Below, in pieces: positions 29,329 to 39,284 of a stretch of DNA of 64,000 bases (the first letter of the stretch is position 1; each line of letters opens with the position of its first letter). Under the pieces are notes generated by a model that had not been told where the DNA came from, did no database searches, and worked only from the letters and a program-made list of their open reading frames with translations. This stretch comes from an uncultured Desulfospira sp. Its GTDB lineage: Bacteria > Desulfobacterota > Desulfobacteria > Desulfobacterales > Desulfobacteraceae. Made by a program: the position numbers and the translations under genes. Location of the stretch: positions 6,208,001 to 6,272,000 of the forward strand of contig OY760175.1 of NCBI GenBank assembly GCA_963663165.1. The letters run 5' to 3'.

Positions 29329-30485
29329 TACTTAGGGATGTCGCCCACTATGTTGTCTACATAGTACATAATACTCAACAGCTGTTCCTTGGTAGCCGTT
29401 TCCCCTTCCTTGATCTGAACATTGCCTTTGTTGTCCACAATGGGGCCGGTGAACGGCTCAAATTCTTCAGACCCTTCTTTCATTTTGCCATATATTTTCA
29501 TGACCAGGTTATATGCCGTGGTATGTCCGAATACCGGGCATTCCACCATGGCCTGCTTTAACGCAGGGACAAACTTGGGGTTGATGGGGTCTGTGGTAGA
29601 CCCTCCCAAAAGGGCGGCCTTTTCCTTTGCCAGCCACCAGATATCTTCACTTTTCCATGTGCCGTTATGGATGTCTTCCAGGACTTTGGCATACATGCCG
29701 GTCCAGTCCATGAGCTGGCCAGACACCACAGAGTCTTCTCCATAGGCCTGCATGGGGGAATAATGGGAAAAGGTATAAATCTGCTGCCCTTTTTCACAAT
29801 GATCCTGGCCGACTTCGATAACGGCGGGGGTATCTTCGGTAAAGGCTAAGGCATCGCACCCTTCCGTTATCAGTGCTTCAGCCGCTTCTTTGGCCTTGTC
29901 CGGTCCGACCCAGGCGTTGATCCACTTGACATGGACTTTGGCTTTGGGATTGGCGGCTTTAACCCCTAAGGCATAGGCATCAATATGGCGGATGACTTCA
30001 GGAATGGGGAAGGCGCCCACATAACCGATTTTATTGGTTTTGGTCAAAGCCCCGGCCATGATGCCGTTCAGATAGTATATCTGGTACAGGTCACCGAAAT
30101 AGGTGCCTAGGTTTTCGGCCCGTTTAAACCCGGAACAGTGCATGAAAATTTTATCGGGATACCGTTTGGCGGCCTTTACGGTGTCTTCCATATATCCAAA
30201 GCTGGTGGTGAATACCACATCGCACTTCTGCTGCTGGACAAGGCGGTCAATAATCCTCGCGCTGTCGGATTCACCAATGGATTCAACATAGATAAACTCA
30301 ACCCAGGGGTACTTTTCCTCAAGGGTCTTTCTGGCCTGGTCATGGGCATAGGTCCAGCCGTAATCCCCGGCTGATCCGATATATACCAGCCCGACTTTAA
30401 GTTTTTTATCCTGGGCCCATGCCCCTGCCGTAACGCACAGGAACAAAAGCGAGCAAGCCAGAAAAAGCGAAGTCCATTTTTTCAT
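29328..30485 (-). CDS. BMP-family ABC substrate-binding protein (purine nucleoside-like)
   Basis: Signal peptide; DYGWTYAHD, TTSFGY, KIGYVGAFPIPEV. Confidence 0.92.
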   Translation of the reverse strand: MKKWTSLFLACSLLFLCVTAGAWAQDKKLKVGLVYIGSAGDYGWTYAHDQARKTLEEKYPWVEFIYVESIGESDSARIIDRLVQQQKCDVVFTTSFGYMEDTVKAAKRYPDKIFMHCSGFKRAENLGTYFGDLYQIYYLNGIMAGALTKTNKIGYVGAFPIPEVIRHIDAYALGVKAANPKAKVHVKWINAWVGPDKAKEAAEALITEGCDALAFTEDTPAVIEVGQDHCEKGQQIYTFSHYSPMQAYGEDSVVSGQLMDWTGMYAKVLEDIHNGTWKSEDIWWLAKEKAALLGGSTTDPINPKFVPALKQAMVECPVFGHTTAYNLVMKIYGKMKEGSEEFEPFTGPIVDNKGNVQIKEGETATKEQLLSIMYYVDNIVGDIPK

Positions 30486-30741
30486 CTATTGTTTCTCCTT
30501 ATCATTACAGGTTAAAAATATCCCGGGATCATACGATATTTCTTTGTTTACCGTCAAGAAAAGGTCATCCTCAACTTAAAGTTATTTTCACTGAACCGCG
30601 CTTTTGAAAGATGAGTTTCAAGGCCGGTTTCAGGTCTGCCGGGCCGTTGGCGGGGCTGATATTTTTTCTCGACAGAACATTTAAAATATGGTTGTATAAA
30701 TTTTTGCGTATCAACCAATGAAAAGTGCAGTTGGGGAATTC

Positions 30742-31164
30742 ATGTCAAACTTGAAAGAAGTTCTAAAACAATCGCCCGTATTTGGCTGCCTGGATGATAA
30801 TGACCTTGACATCATGATTCCATGGTTTGATCAACGGACCTTATGTACGGCAGATGTCCTGAGCAGCCGGGGAGATCCGGCCCAGTATTTTTTCCTGTTG
30901 GAAAAAGGAACCCTGATGCTGGAGCTGGACCAGGGAAAGGCCGTTGTCCTGGACAAATGCGGGGACTTTGCCGGACTGGAACTGATGGCCGCCCGCGGGA
31001 TTTACAAAGCCACGGCCACGGCCCTTGCACCGGGACGGGTGTATACGGTTTTGAGACAAAATTTTTACGAGTTTATTCAAGGGGTCACACCGGCGGCCGC
31101 CGCCGTGATGTCTGCCTGGCAGACCGTTCTTGAACAGACGGCCGGATTTGCCAGAAATTCATGA
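30742..31164 (+). CDS. Stand-alone cyclic-nucleotide-binding domain protein
   Basis: RGDPAQYFFLLEKG, GDFAGLE, ATATA. Confidence 0.78.
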   Translation: MSNLKEVLKQSPVFGCLDDNDLDIMIPWFDQRTLCTADVLSSRGDPAQYFFLLEKGTLMLELDQGKAVVLDKCGDFAGLELMAARGIYKATATALAPGRVYTVLRQNFYEFIQGVTPAAAAVMSAWQTVLEQTAGFARNS

Positions 31165-31189
31165 ACTATCCCTGTTCCCATCAGTGGGT

Positions 31190-31317
31190 TAACAGCTAAA
31201 GGCTAACAGCTAAAGAGACTGAAGACTGAAGGTGGATAGACTGAAGGGTAATAGGACAAAATCAGTTCAGATACTTCAGCCTAAACCCCCTCAGCCTAAA
31301 AAGCTAAAAGCTAAAGG
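31190..31317. repeat. Family A heptamer array interrupted by a family B (CTGAAG/CTTCAG) hairpin
   Basis: taacagc taaaggc taacagc | actgaag actgaag ... cttcagc | taaaagc taaagga. Confidence 0.8.
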
Positions 31318-31328
31318 AGACACCGATC

Positions 31329-31769
31329 GTGTACGGATTAGAAGCCATCAATGCCAATAACGGCTGGGCCATATCAGTCGTGGGCATCACCATTGTGTTT
31401 TCAGGGCTGGTCATGCTTTCTCTGTTGATTTCCCAGCTGTACAAGGTCCTTGAGTTTTATGACAACCCTGAGAAACTCAACGCCTTGTTCCGGCAGCAGA
31501 AAAAACATTCCGAGAATCAGATGCCCGACCGGGCCGCATTAATCGAAACCCTGACCCTGGAGCAGAAGGAAACCTTTAAACAGATTGCCCTGCTTGTCCG
31601 GACCATGGAGGATCATTTTTCCCTTCCACGGCTGCTTCATTTAGCACGGATCAGCGGGTTAACAGACCCCCATTCCCATTTGAACCTTCTGCTTGAACTT
31701 GGCATTATCGCTGCCGACCAGAAGGGATATTTCTGCTGGAATCAGGACCTATTTGAACAGGCCGTTTAA
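31329..31769 (+). CDS. oadG: OadG-family Na+-decarboxylase gamma subunit
   Basis: Single TM GITIVFSGLVMLSLLI; precedes the beta subunit. Confidence 0.75.
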   Translation: MYGLEAINANNGWAISVVGITIVFSGLVMLSLLISQLYKVLEFYDNPEKLNALFRQQKKHSENQMPDRAALIETLTLEQKETFKQIALLVRTMEDHFSLPRLLHLARISGLTDPHSHLNLLLELGIIAADQKGYFCWNQDLFEQAV

Positions 31770-31814
31770 CCGGCCCACATTGAATCCGGTCTTCATACAG
31801 AAAAAGGATATGAC

Positions 31815-32942
31815 ATGGACGCCCTATTTTTAGAATTTTTTCAAAACACAGGATTCTATTTATGCGATTACCGGAACATCATCATGATCATTATCGGGAT
31901 GGTGTTTATTTATCTTGGCATTGCCAAGGATTACGAGCCCTTGCTCCTGGTCCCCATCGGGTTTGGCATGCTGGTGGGCAATATCCCCATCTTTAAAGGC
32001 CTGGGGTTAGGGATTTATGAGAACAATTCGGTTCTCCATTACCTGTATTTCGGGGTGACCCAGGGGATTTATCCGCCGTTGATTTTTCTGGGCATCGGGG
32101 CCATGACCGACTTTTCAACCCTGCTGGCCCGCCCGATCCTCATGCTGTTGGGGGCCGCAGCCCAGACCGGCATATTTATCACATTTTTAGGGGCCTTAGC
32201 CTTGGGATTTGCCCCCAATGAAGCCGCTTCCATCGGGATTATCGGCGGGGCGGACGGTCCTACCGCCATCTTTTTAACGGCCAAGCTTGCGCCCAACCTG
32301 ATCGGCCCTATTGCCGTGGCCGCCTACTCCTATATGGCCCTGGTGCCCGTGATCCAGCCGCCCATCATGAAACTGTTAACCACTAGAAAAGAGCGGCTCA
32401 TCCGCATGGAAGAACCCCGGCAGGTAACCAAAAGAGAAAAGATGATCTTCCCTGTGGTGGCCTTTTTGCTCTGCTGTTTTCTGGCCCCGGCGGCCCTGCC
32501 GCTGTTAGGCATGCTCTGTTTTGGCAATGTCTTGAAAGAGGCCGTGGTGACCGAACGGCTGGCCGTTACCGCCAGGAACGCCATCATTGATACGGCCACC
32601 ATTCTTCTGGGCCTGACCGTTGGGGCGTCCACCCAGGGGGATGTGTTCCTGACCTCAAGCTCTGTGAGAATTTTTATCCTGGGGGCCCTGTCCTTTGGTA
32701 TTGCCACAGCCTCAGGGTTGATTTTTGCCAAATTCATGAACCTGTTCTTAAAGACCAAAATCAATCCGTTGCTGGGCGCGGCCGGGGTGTCTGCTGTTCC
32801 GGATTCGGCCCGGGTGGTCCAGATCGTCGGACAGCGGGAAGATCCCACCAACTTTTTGCTCATGCACGCCATGGCCCCCAATGTATCCGGGGTCATCGGC
32901 TCGGCCATTGCGGCCGGGGTCTTGTGGAGCCTGATGGTTTAA
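31815..32942 (+). CDS. oadB: Na+-translocating decarboxylase beta subunit
   Basis: [39 protein letters not shown]. Confidence 0.96.
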   Translation: MDALFLEFFQNTGFYLCDYRNIIMIIIGMVFIYLGIAKDYEPLLLVPIGFGMLVGNIPIFKGLGLGIYENNSVLHYLYFGVTQGIYPPLIFLGIGAMTDFSTLLARPILMLLGAAAQTGIFITFLGALALGFAPNEAASIGIIGGADGPTAIFLTAKLAPNLIGPIAVAAYSYMALVPVIQPPIMKLLTTRKERLIRMEEPRQVTKREKMIFPVVAFLLCCFLAPAALPLLGMLCFGNVLKEAVVTERLAVTARNAIIDTATILLGLTVGASTQGDVFLTSSSVRIFILGALSFGIATASGLIFAKFMNLFLKTKINPLLGAAGVSAVPDSARVVQIVGQREDPTNFLLMHAMAPNVSGVIGSAIAAGVLWSLMV

Positions 32943-32964
32943 AGCCGTTAAGGTAAAAAAGCGT

Positions 32965-33861
32965 ATGGCACAACAGATCAGCATCATCGGTATTCCCATG
33001 GACTTCGGCCAGCTTCTCAGAGGGGTTGACATGGGGCCTGCGGCGGTAAGGTATACGGAACTTGCCAGGCGGTTAAGGCAGCTGGGCCATGTTGTCCGGG
33101 ACCGGGGCGATGTGCCGGTTCCCATCCGGGATGCCGAACCGGAAACCAAACAGGGCAGGGACAAGTACCTTAAAGAAATCATCCAGATCTGCAATGCGGT
33201 ATATACCCTTGGCCGGAAGGCGGTGGATCAGGGAGATTTTCCGTTGTTCATCGGCGGGGACCATTCCGTTGCCATCGGAACCGTGGCCAGTGTTGCGGCC
33301 GATGGCCCTGTGGGGCTGATCTGGGTGGATGCCCATGCCGACTTTAACACCCCGGACACCTCACCGTCAGGAAATATCCATGGTATGCCCCTGGCGGTTT
33401 TGATGGGGGAGGGGTACCCGGACCTGGTCAATGTGGGACGGCCCGGCCCCAAAATCAAGCCTGAAAATGTGGTGCTCATCGGCCAGCGGGACCTGGACCC
33501 CGGAGAAAAAAAACGGCTCAGGGCCCTGGGAATGACCGTATTTACCATGAGGAACATTGACGAACAGGGAATTTCAGCGGTTGCGGAAAATACCCTTGCC
33601 AGGTTGTCCCATTTAAAACGGGTTCACCTGACCCTGGACATGGACGCCTTAGACCCCGTGGAGGCCCCGGGTGTGGGCACGCCGGTACCCGGCGGCATCA
33701 CCTACCGGGAGGCCCATCTGCTTATGGAAACCCTGTCTGATTCCGGCAAAATTTGTTCCATGGACCTTGTGGAGATCAACCCCATTCTGGATGTGGCCAA
33801 TAAAACCGCCGGCCTTGCCGTGGAACTGGCCCTTTCCGTCCTTGGGAAAAGCATTTTGTGA
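32965..33861 (+). CDS. rocF: Arginase
   Basis: GGDHS, DAHADFN, SPSGNIHGMP, DMDALDP. Confidence 0.94.
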   Translation: MAQQISIIGIPMDFGQLLRGVDMGPAAVRYTELARRLRQLGHVVRDRGDVPVPIRDAEPETKQGRDKYLKEIIQICNAVYTLGRKAVDQGDFPLFIGGDHSVAIGTVASVAADGPVGLIWVDAHADFNTPDTSPSGNIHGMPLAVLMGEGYPDLVNVGRPGPKIKPENVVLIGQRDLDPGEKKRLRALGMTVFTMRNIDEQGISAVAENTLARLSHLKRVHLTLDMDALDPVEAPGVGTPVPGGITYREAHLLMETLSDSGKICSMDLVEINPILDVANKTAGLAVELALSVLGKSIL

Positions 33862-36755
33862 TTCTGTCCGAGTATATTGCCTCTCTAAAAAACTACAAAG
33901 GGTTTCGGGGGGACATTGTCTGCCACCGGACCCTGGACCGGACAACGCCTTGTTTTTCTAACAAAACGCCCAGGCTTTCCCATGACCCGGAGGCTTTGCT
34001 GAAAACCCTCGGCATTGAGCGGCTGTACGCCCATCAGCAAGAGGCCGTGGACATGATCCGCAAGGGCACCCATACGGTTATTGCCACCCCGACGGCCTCG
34101 GGAAAAAGTCTGGTTTACAACCTTCCCGTCATTGATGCCGTGCTGGATAACCCGGATGCCAGGGCATTGTATCTGTTTCCCCTCAAGGCCCTGGCAAGAG
34201 ACCAGCTGGACACTGTCCGGCAGCTGTTAAAGACCGCCCGGGCCCTGACACCCGAAAAGATGAAACTAACGGCCGAGGTGTATGACGGAGATATTTCCGC
34301 CTATAAAAAGGCCAAAATCCGGCGGGACCCGCCCCAGGTGCTGCTCACCAACCCTGAGATGCTCCATCTGGCCATGCTGGCCCACCACCATCTCTGGGCG
34401 GATTTTTTTGCCCATCTCTCCTATGTGGTCATTGATGAGGTCCATACCTACCGGGGGGTCATGGGTTCCAACATGGCCTGGGTGTTTAGGCGGCTGATCC
34501 GCATCTGCCGCCATTACGGGTCAGATCCTGTCTTTGTTTTCTGCTCGGCCACCATTGCCAATCCCGCAGCGCTTTGCGGCCGCCTTACCGGCCTTGATGT
34601 AAAGGTCGTGGATACATCCGGCGCCCCGTCGGGGCAAAAGGATGTCCTGCTCATGCGCGGCCTTGAAGGGGCTGCCCAGACGGCCATTGCACTGATCCAT
34701 GCAGCGGTTCACCGGCAGTTGAGAACCATTGTCTATACCCAGTCCAGAAAAATAACGGAACTGATCGCCCTATGGGCCTCCCAGCGGGCCAAAGGGATGC
34801 GGGACAAAATATCGGCCTACCGGGCCGGGTTTCTTCCCGAGGAACGCCGGGAGATTGAACAGAAAATGGCCAGCGGCGACCTGCTGGCCGTTGTGTCCAC
34901 GTCAGCCCTGGAACTGGGCATTGATATCGGGGCCCTTGACCTGTGCATTCTGGTGGGGTACCCGGGCACCATGATGTCCACCTGGCAGCGGGCCGGACGG
35001 GTAGGGCGGGCCGGACGGGAATCGGCCATGATTCTCATTGCCCACGAGGATGCCCTGGACCAGTACTTTATCAATCATCCCGACGATTTTTTTTCAATGC
35101 CCCCGGAAACCGCCATGATCAATCCAGGCAACCCCATGATCATGGAAAACCACCTGGAGTGTGCCGCCGTTGAACTAACCTTGCGCCACGATGAACTTCT
35201 TTTGAATGACCCCGGGGTCCTGTCCTGCATCAAGGGGCTGGAACAGCAGGGAAGGCTGCTCAAAAGCCGTGAGGGAACCCTCTGGTACGGGGCCAGGAAA
35301 GCCCCCCACCGGGAGGTCAGCCTCAGGGGAACCGGAAAATCCATTCCCATTTTCAATGCCCAAACCCGGGAAAGCTTAGGCGAGATTGACCGGCACAGGG
35401 CCTTTTTTGAGACCCATGAGGGGGCGGTTTACCTTCACCGGGGCAAGACCTATGTGGTGACCCGGCTGGATTATGAAAAAGGGGCGGTTGAGGCCGAGCA
35501 GGAGACCGTGTCTTACTATACCCGGGCAAGGTCTTCCAAGACCACCCACATTATGGAAGTCCTGGATTCCAAAAGGGTTGGCGCCACCCGGGTCTGCCTG
35601 GGGAATTTAAAAATTGTGGAGCAGGTCACCGGGTTTGAAAAAAAGACCGTGGCCGGGCAAAAATCCCTTGGGATCGTTCCTCTGGACTTGCCCGAGTTAA
35701 CTTTTGAAACCCAGGGGCTATGGATCGAGATCCCGGATGAGGTCAGGGATGAAATTGAATACCGGCGCCTTCATTTCATGGGCGGAATCCATGCCCTGGA
35801 GCATGCGGCCATCGGTATCATGCCGTTGCTGGTCATGACGGACAGAAACGATTTAGGCGGCATCTCCATTCCATTTCATCCCCAGGTGGAAAAGGCCGCA
35901 GTGTTTATTTATGACGGGGTTCCCGGCGGCCTCGGGCTGTCCGGTCAGGCCTTTACTCAGGCCCAGGCGCTCTTTAACAGGACTTTTGATGCCATCAGGT
36001 CCTGTTCCTGCGATAACGGGTGTCCGGCCTGTGTCCATTCCCCCAAATGCGGCTCCGGCAACCGGCCCATTGACAAGGCAGCGGCCATGGCCATTCTTGA
36101 GTTGATCCGCGAGGACGGGCAGGGCCAGGGCAGGGCCGATGGGGATGAAACACCCGTTTACACAGGGATCCCTTTGGGGCTGGAAAAGGCTGCTGAAAGT
36201 TGTTCTGATCATAAAAAAGAGGTCCGCCGGTACGGGGTCCTGGACATTGAAACCCGGCGGTCGGCCGCCGAGGTCGGGGGGTGGAACAAGGCCGAAAGAA
36301 TGGGGGTTAGTATAGCCGTTCTTTATGATTCCGGCTCCGACACCTTTTATGATTTTCACCAGGATGAGGTGCCCCGACTGGTGGATCATCTAAAGCAACT
36401 GGACCTGGTCATCGGGTTTAACATCATCCGGTTTGATTACAAGGTCCTATCCGGTCTAAACGACTATAATTTTCACCGGCTGCCCACCCTGGACATCCTG
36501 TCAAAGGTTCATGAAGTCCTGGGATACCGGCTGTCTCTGGATCATTTGGCCCAGCAGACCCTGGGGGAAAAAAAGAGCGCAGACGGACTCATGGCGCTAA
36601 AGTGGTGGAAACAGGGGAAAATGGATGAGATCATCCAATACTGCCGCCAGGACGTACGGGTAACACGGGATCTTTACCGGTTCGGCAAAGACCATCAGTA
36701 CCTGTTGTTCAAAAACAAGGCCGGGAACGAAGTAAGGGTACCAGTCTCCTGGTAA
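33858..36755 (+). CDS. DEAH helicase with DUF1998 fused to a C-terminal DEDD exonuclease (YprA/MrfA + YprB/MrfB-like)
   Basis: PTASGKS, DEVH, SAT, QRAGRVGR, CSCDNGCPAC; then LDIET, GFNIIRFD, YCRQDV. Confidence 0.92.
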   Translation: MILSEYIASLKNYKGFRGDIVCHRTLDRTTPCFSNKTPRLSHDPEALLKTLGIERLYAHQQEAVDMIRKGTHTVIATPTASGKSLVYNLPVIDAVLDNPDARALYLFPLKALARDQLDTVRQLLKTARALTPEKMKLTAEVYDGDISAYKKAKIRRDPPQVLLTNPEMLHLAMLAHHHLWADFFAHLSYVVIDEVHTYRGVMGSNMAWVFRRLIRICRHYGSDPVFVFCSATIANPAALCGRLTGLDVKVVDTSGAPSGQKDVLLMRGLEGAAQTAIALIHAAVHRQLRTIVYTQSRKITELIALWASQRAKGMRDKISAYRAGFLPEERREIEQKMASGDLLAVVSTSALELGIDIGALDLCILVGYPGTMMSTWQRAGRVGRAGRESAMILIAHEDALDQYFINHPDDFFSMPPETAMINPGNPMIMENHLECAAVELTLRHDELLLNDPGVLSCIKGLEQQGRLLKSREGTLWYGARKAPHREVSLRGTGKSIPIFNAQTRESLGEIDRHRAFFETHEGAVYLHRGKTYVVTRLDYEKGAVEAEQETVSYYTRARSSKTTHIMEVLDSKRVGATRVCLGNLKIVEQVTGFEKKTVAGQKSLGIVPLDLPELTFETQGLWIEIPDEVRDEIEYRRLHFMGGIHALEHAAIGIMPLLVMTDRNDLGGISIPFHPQVEKAAVFIYDGVPGGLGLSGQAFTQAQALFNRTFDAIRSCSCDNGCPACVHSPKCGSGNRPIDKAAAMAILELIREDGQGQGRADGDETPVYTGIPLGLEKAAESCSDHKKEVRRYGVLDIETRRSAAEVGGWNKAERMGVSIAVLYDSGSDTFYDFHQDEVPRLVDHLKQLDLVIGFNIIRFDYKVLSGLNDYNFHRLPTLDILSKVHEVLGYRLSLDHLAQQTLGEKKSADGLMALKWWKQGKMDEIIQYCRQDVRVTRDLYRFGKDHQYLLFKNKAGNEVRVPVSW

Positions 36756-36757
36756 CG

Positions 36758-36821
36758 GTGTTTGGGCGAAAACTCACCCATCTGTTGCGCCTTGCATCTG
36801 GGCAAGTTTTCACCCAAACAC
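36758..36821 (+). mobile_element. GTGTTT-ended element, internally deleted copy 3
   Basis: Both ends kept; central core missing. Confidence 0.82.
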
Positions 36822-36848
36822 GGGTTATCGATCAGGCCAGACCTTGAC

Positions 36849-37169
36849 TCAAGACTTGATCAATCTAAGCACGTGGGTTTCCTGTAGTTTCTTCCACATG
36901 GCGTGAACAATGACCATGGTTGGGTCATCGTCCCCGGTCCCTGTCTCTTCAATGGCTTGGAGGCATTCATGGAGCAGCAGGTCATTGCCGCTCCACAATC
37001 TGAAATCTCTGGCTATTTGAAGTCCAACGACTTTATGGACTAAATGTAACTGTTCGGTTTTCATGGAACCCAGCCGGGTTCGATCTATCAATGGCAGATC
37101 AGCGATAAGGATGCTGACGGCCTCGTCAATGGTTGTGGGTAAGTTGCTGCTCAAGGGTCTTGTAAACAT
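36849..37169 (-). CDS. Hypothetical protein (DUF6794-like)
   Basis: PTTIDEAV, IARDFRLWSGN.LL, WKKLQETH. Confidence 0.65.
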   Translation of the reverse strand: MFTRPLSSNLPTTIDEAVSILIADLPLIDRTRLGSMKTEQLHLVHKVVGLQIARDFRLWSGNDLLLHECLQAIEETGTGDDDPTMVIVHAMWKKLQETHVLRLIKS

Positions 37170-37330
37170 GATTTTTGCACTGCTTTCTATCGATTCCTTT
37201 TGGTTCGCCCATTGGTTTTCCCATCCAATGCCGGGGGGCCATGGGCAAACTGTAAACATAATATTCCCCTTCGGCCGTCACCAAAGGTTGCCGGCCAATG
37301 TATGCCTTTGATTAATGAATGTCAAATGAT

Positions 37331-37613
37331 TGAACAGTTACGGACCTTTTTATATGAAAGTCTCACTAACATCCTGATAAGACTTTCATTATTCGTTGTG
37401 GGCGGTTCTTGGTTGGATAACCAAGGCGGCCCGTGGCCGTTATAAGAAACTGGAGACAAGAAACAAGAGACAAGAGGGCGAAGCACCTGCGGTGCCCAGT
37501 TTATAGCCTGCCGTTGCCGGTATCTTCAGTTTCATGATTTGTTGTGGGCCGAATGGGATTAATAATCCACGCGGCCCATGGCCGTTAGTTTTCAGCATTG
37601 GCTGAATCGTTAC
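37331..37613 (-). repeat. Nested composite of three repeat families
   Basis: GTAAC-MITE pieces at 37331-37346 and 37585-37613 enclose TAACGGCC units (37347-37442, ~37530-37588) and a GAAACAA/GAGACAA unit (37446-37505). Confidence 0.82.
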
Positions 37614-37746
37614 GAATTGTTTTTAGATAGAAGGGGGGGATAATGCAAAAACTTTAGATGCTTCATATCGCTTTACACCGTTCCGGATTATTGATATGGG
37701 TCTGTCATGAGATTGTAAACCTTAAATTCGTTAAGGAGGCTGCCCC

Positions 37747-38757
37747 ATGACCCCGCAGGAACCGTTCAAGGCCCTGGTGGTAGACAGGGATAACAAAGGC
37801 GTAACCGCTCAGATCAAACAACTGGAACTTTCGGATCTGCCCGATGAGGATGTTCTCATCCGGGTGGATTATTCCACCTTAAATTATAAGGAAGGGTTGG
37901 GGTTTGCCGACCGGAACAAGATTTTCCGTGTGTTTCCCATGGTCCCGGGCCTGGACCTTGCCGGCACCGTGGTTGAGTCGGATTCCCCTAAATTTTCCCC
38001 GGGGGACCAGGTGGTGTTAAACGGCTGGAGCGTGGGGGAACGGTACTGGGGCGGTTACGCCCAGATGGCCCGGATAAAATCTGATTTTCTCATCCCTTTG
38101 CCGTCGGGAATGGATACTAGAAAGGCCATGGCCATCGGCACGGCCGGATATACGGCCATGCTCCTGACCATGACCCTGGAAGAGGCCGGGGTCAAACCGG
38201 ACAGCGGCCCGGTCATTGTCACCGGGGCGGCCGGCGGAGTCGGCTCCAGCGCGGTGGCCATCCTTTCAGGCTTAGGGTATGAGGTCACGGCACTGACCCG
38301 GGCAGACCAGGCATCCACCCATGATTTTCTGCGCAGCATTGGGGCAAAAAATTTTGAATTCGGAGAAGAATGGTCCAAAGACCCGGCCCCCCTGGAAAAC
38401 CAGAAATGGGCCGGGGGCGTGGACACGGTGGGCACCAAAGTGCTGGCAAGGGTTCTTTCCCAGATGAATTACGGCGGATGTGTGGCCGCCTGCGGCCTTG
38501 CCGGAGGCTTTGACCTGTCCACCACGGTGATGCCCTTTATCTTAAGGGGCGTCAGCTTAAGGGGGGTGGATTCGGTCTGGTGCCCCAATGAGAGAAGAAT
38601 CAAGGCCTGGGACCGGCTGGTCACGGATTTTCCGGATGCAGCCTTAAACCACATCAACAATGAAATCTGCCTGGAACAGGTGCCGGAATATGCCAAAAAA
38701 ATCTTAAAAGGCGAGATTGTGGGCCATATCATCATTAATGTAAATAAAGAATTTTAA
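37747..38757 (+). CDS. acuI: Acryloyl-CoA reductase, YhdH/AcuI family
   Basis: YSTLNYKE, AMAIGTAGYTAML, TGAAGGVGS, TVMPFILRGV. Confidence 0.88.
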   Translation: MTPQEPFKALVVDRDNKGVTAQIKQLELSDLPDEDVLIRVDYSTLNYKEGLGFADRNKIFRVFPMVPGLDLAGTVVESDSPKFSPGDQVVLNGWSVGERYWGGYAQMARIKSDFLIPLPSGMDTRKAMAIGTAGYTAMLLTMTLEEAGVKPDSGPVIVTGAAGGVGSSAVAILSGLGYEVTALTRADQASTHDFLRSIGAKNFEFGEEWSKDPAPLENQKWAGGVDTVGTKVLARVLSQMNYGGCVAACGLAGGFDLSTTVMPFILRGVSLRGVDSVWCPNERRIKAWDRLVTDFPDAALNHINNEICLEQVPEYAKKILKGEIVGHIIINVNKEF

Positions 38758-38777
38758 CCCCATTTAGGAGACGATTT

Positions 38778-39233
38778 ATGACGACCATCGCCCCAGGCAC
38801 CCCCATCCCCTGCCGTGTGAGAAGAACCCTGGACAAGGGGGATTTTTCCATCCTTCACCAGCTGACCTGGTTTAATATGGCGGTTCACTCAGATGCCGAA
38901 TATGCCAAGGGCACCTGGTTCAAGGAACGCTCCCTGGCCGGGCCCGTGATTTTTACCGTGTCCGACGGCCTGGTTCACCATGCCGATAACATTGCCGAAC
39001 TTTTGGCCAAAGACGGGTATGAAATTTATGCCTATATCGGGGTGGACAACATGAAAATCACTTCTCCGGTCCTGTTCGGGGACACCCTGCGCGCCGATGC
39101 CAAGGTGGTGGCGCTTCGCCCGACCAAGAACCCGGAACGGTTTTTGTTTATCTATGAAAACAAGGCCTATAACCAGAGAGACGAGCAGGTCATTGAATAC
39201 CAGACCACCATGCTGGTCGTCAAAAAGGGCTGA
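38778..39233 (+). CDS. MaoC-like hot-dog-fold dehydratase
   Basis: VHSDAEYAK, SPVLFGDTL, YNQRDEQV. Confidence 0.85.
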   Translation: MTTIAPGTPIPCRVRRTLDKGDFSILHQLTWFNMAVHSDAEYAKGTWFKERSLAGPVIFTVSDGLVHHADNIAELLAKDGYEIYAYIGVDNMKITSPVLFGDTLRADAKVVALRPTKNPERFLFIYENKAYNQRDEQVIEYQTTMLVVKKG

Positions 39234-39284
39234 TTGAGTCATTTGCCAGTGCAACAGATGTCATTAAAGATGCCGTAACGAAAA

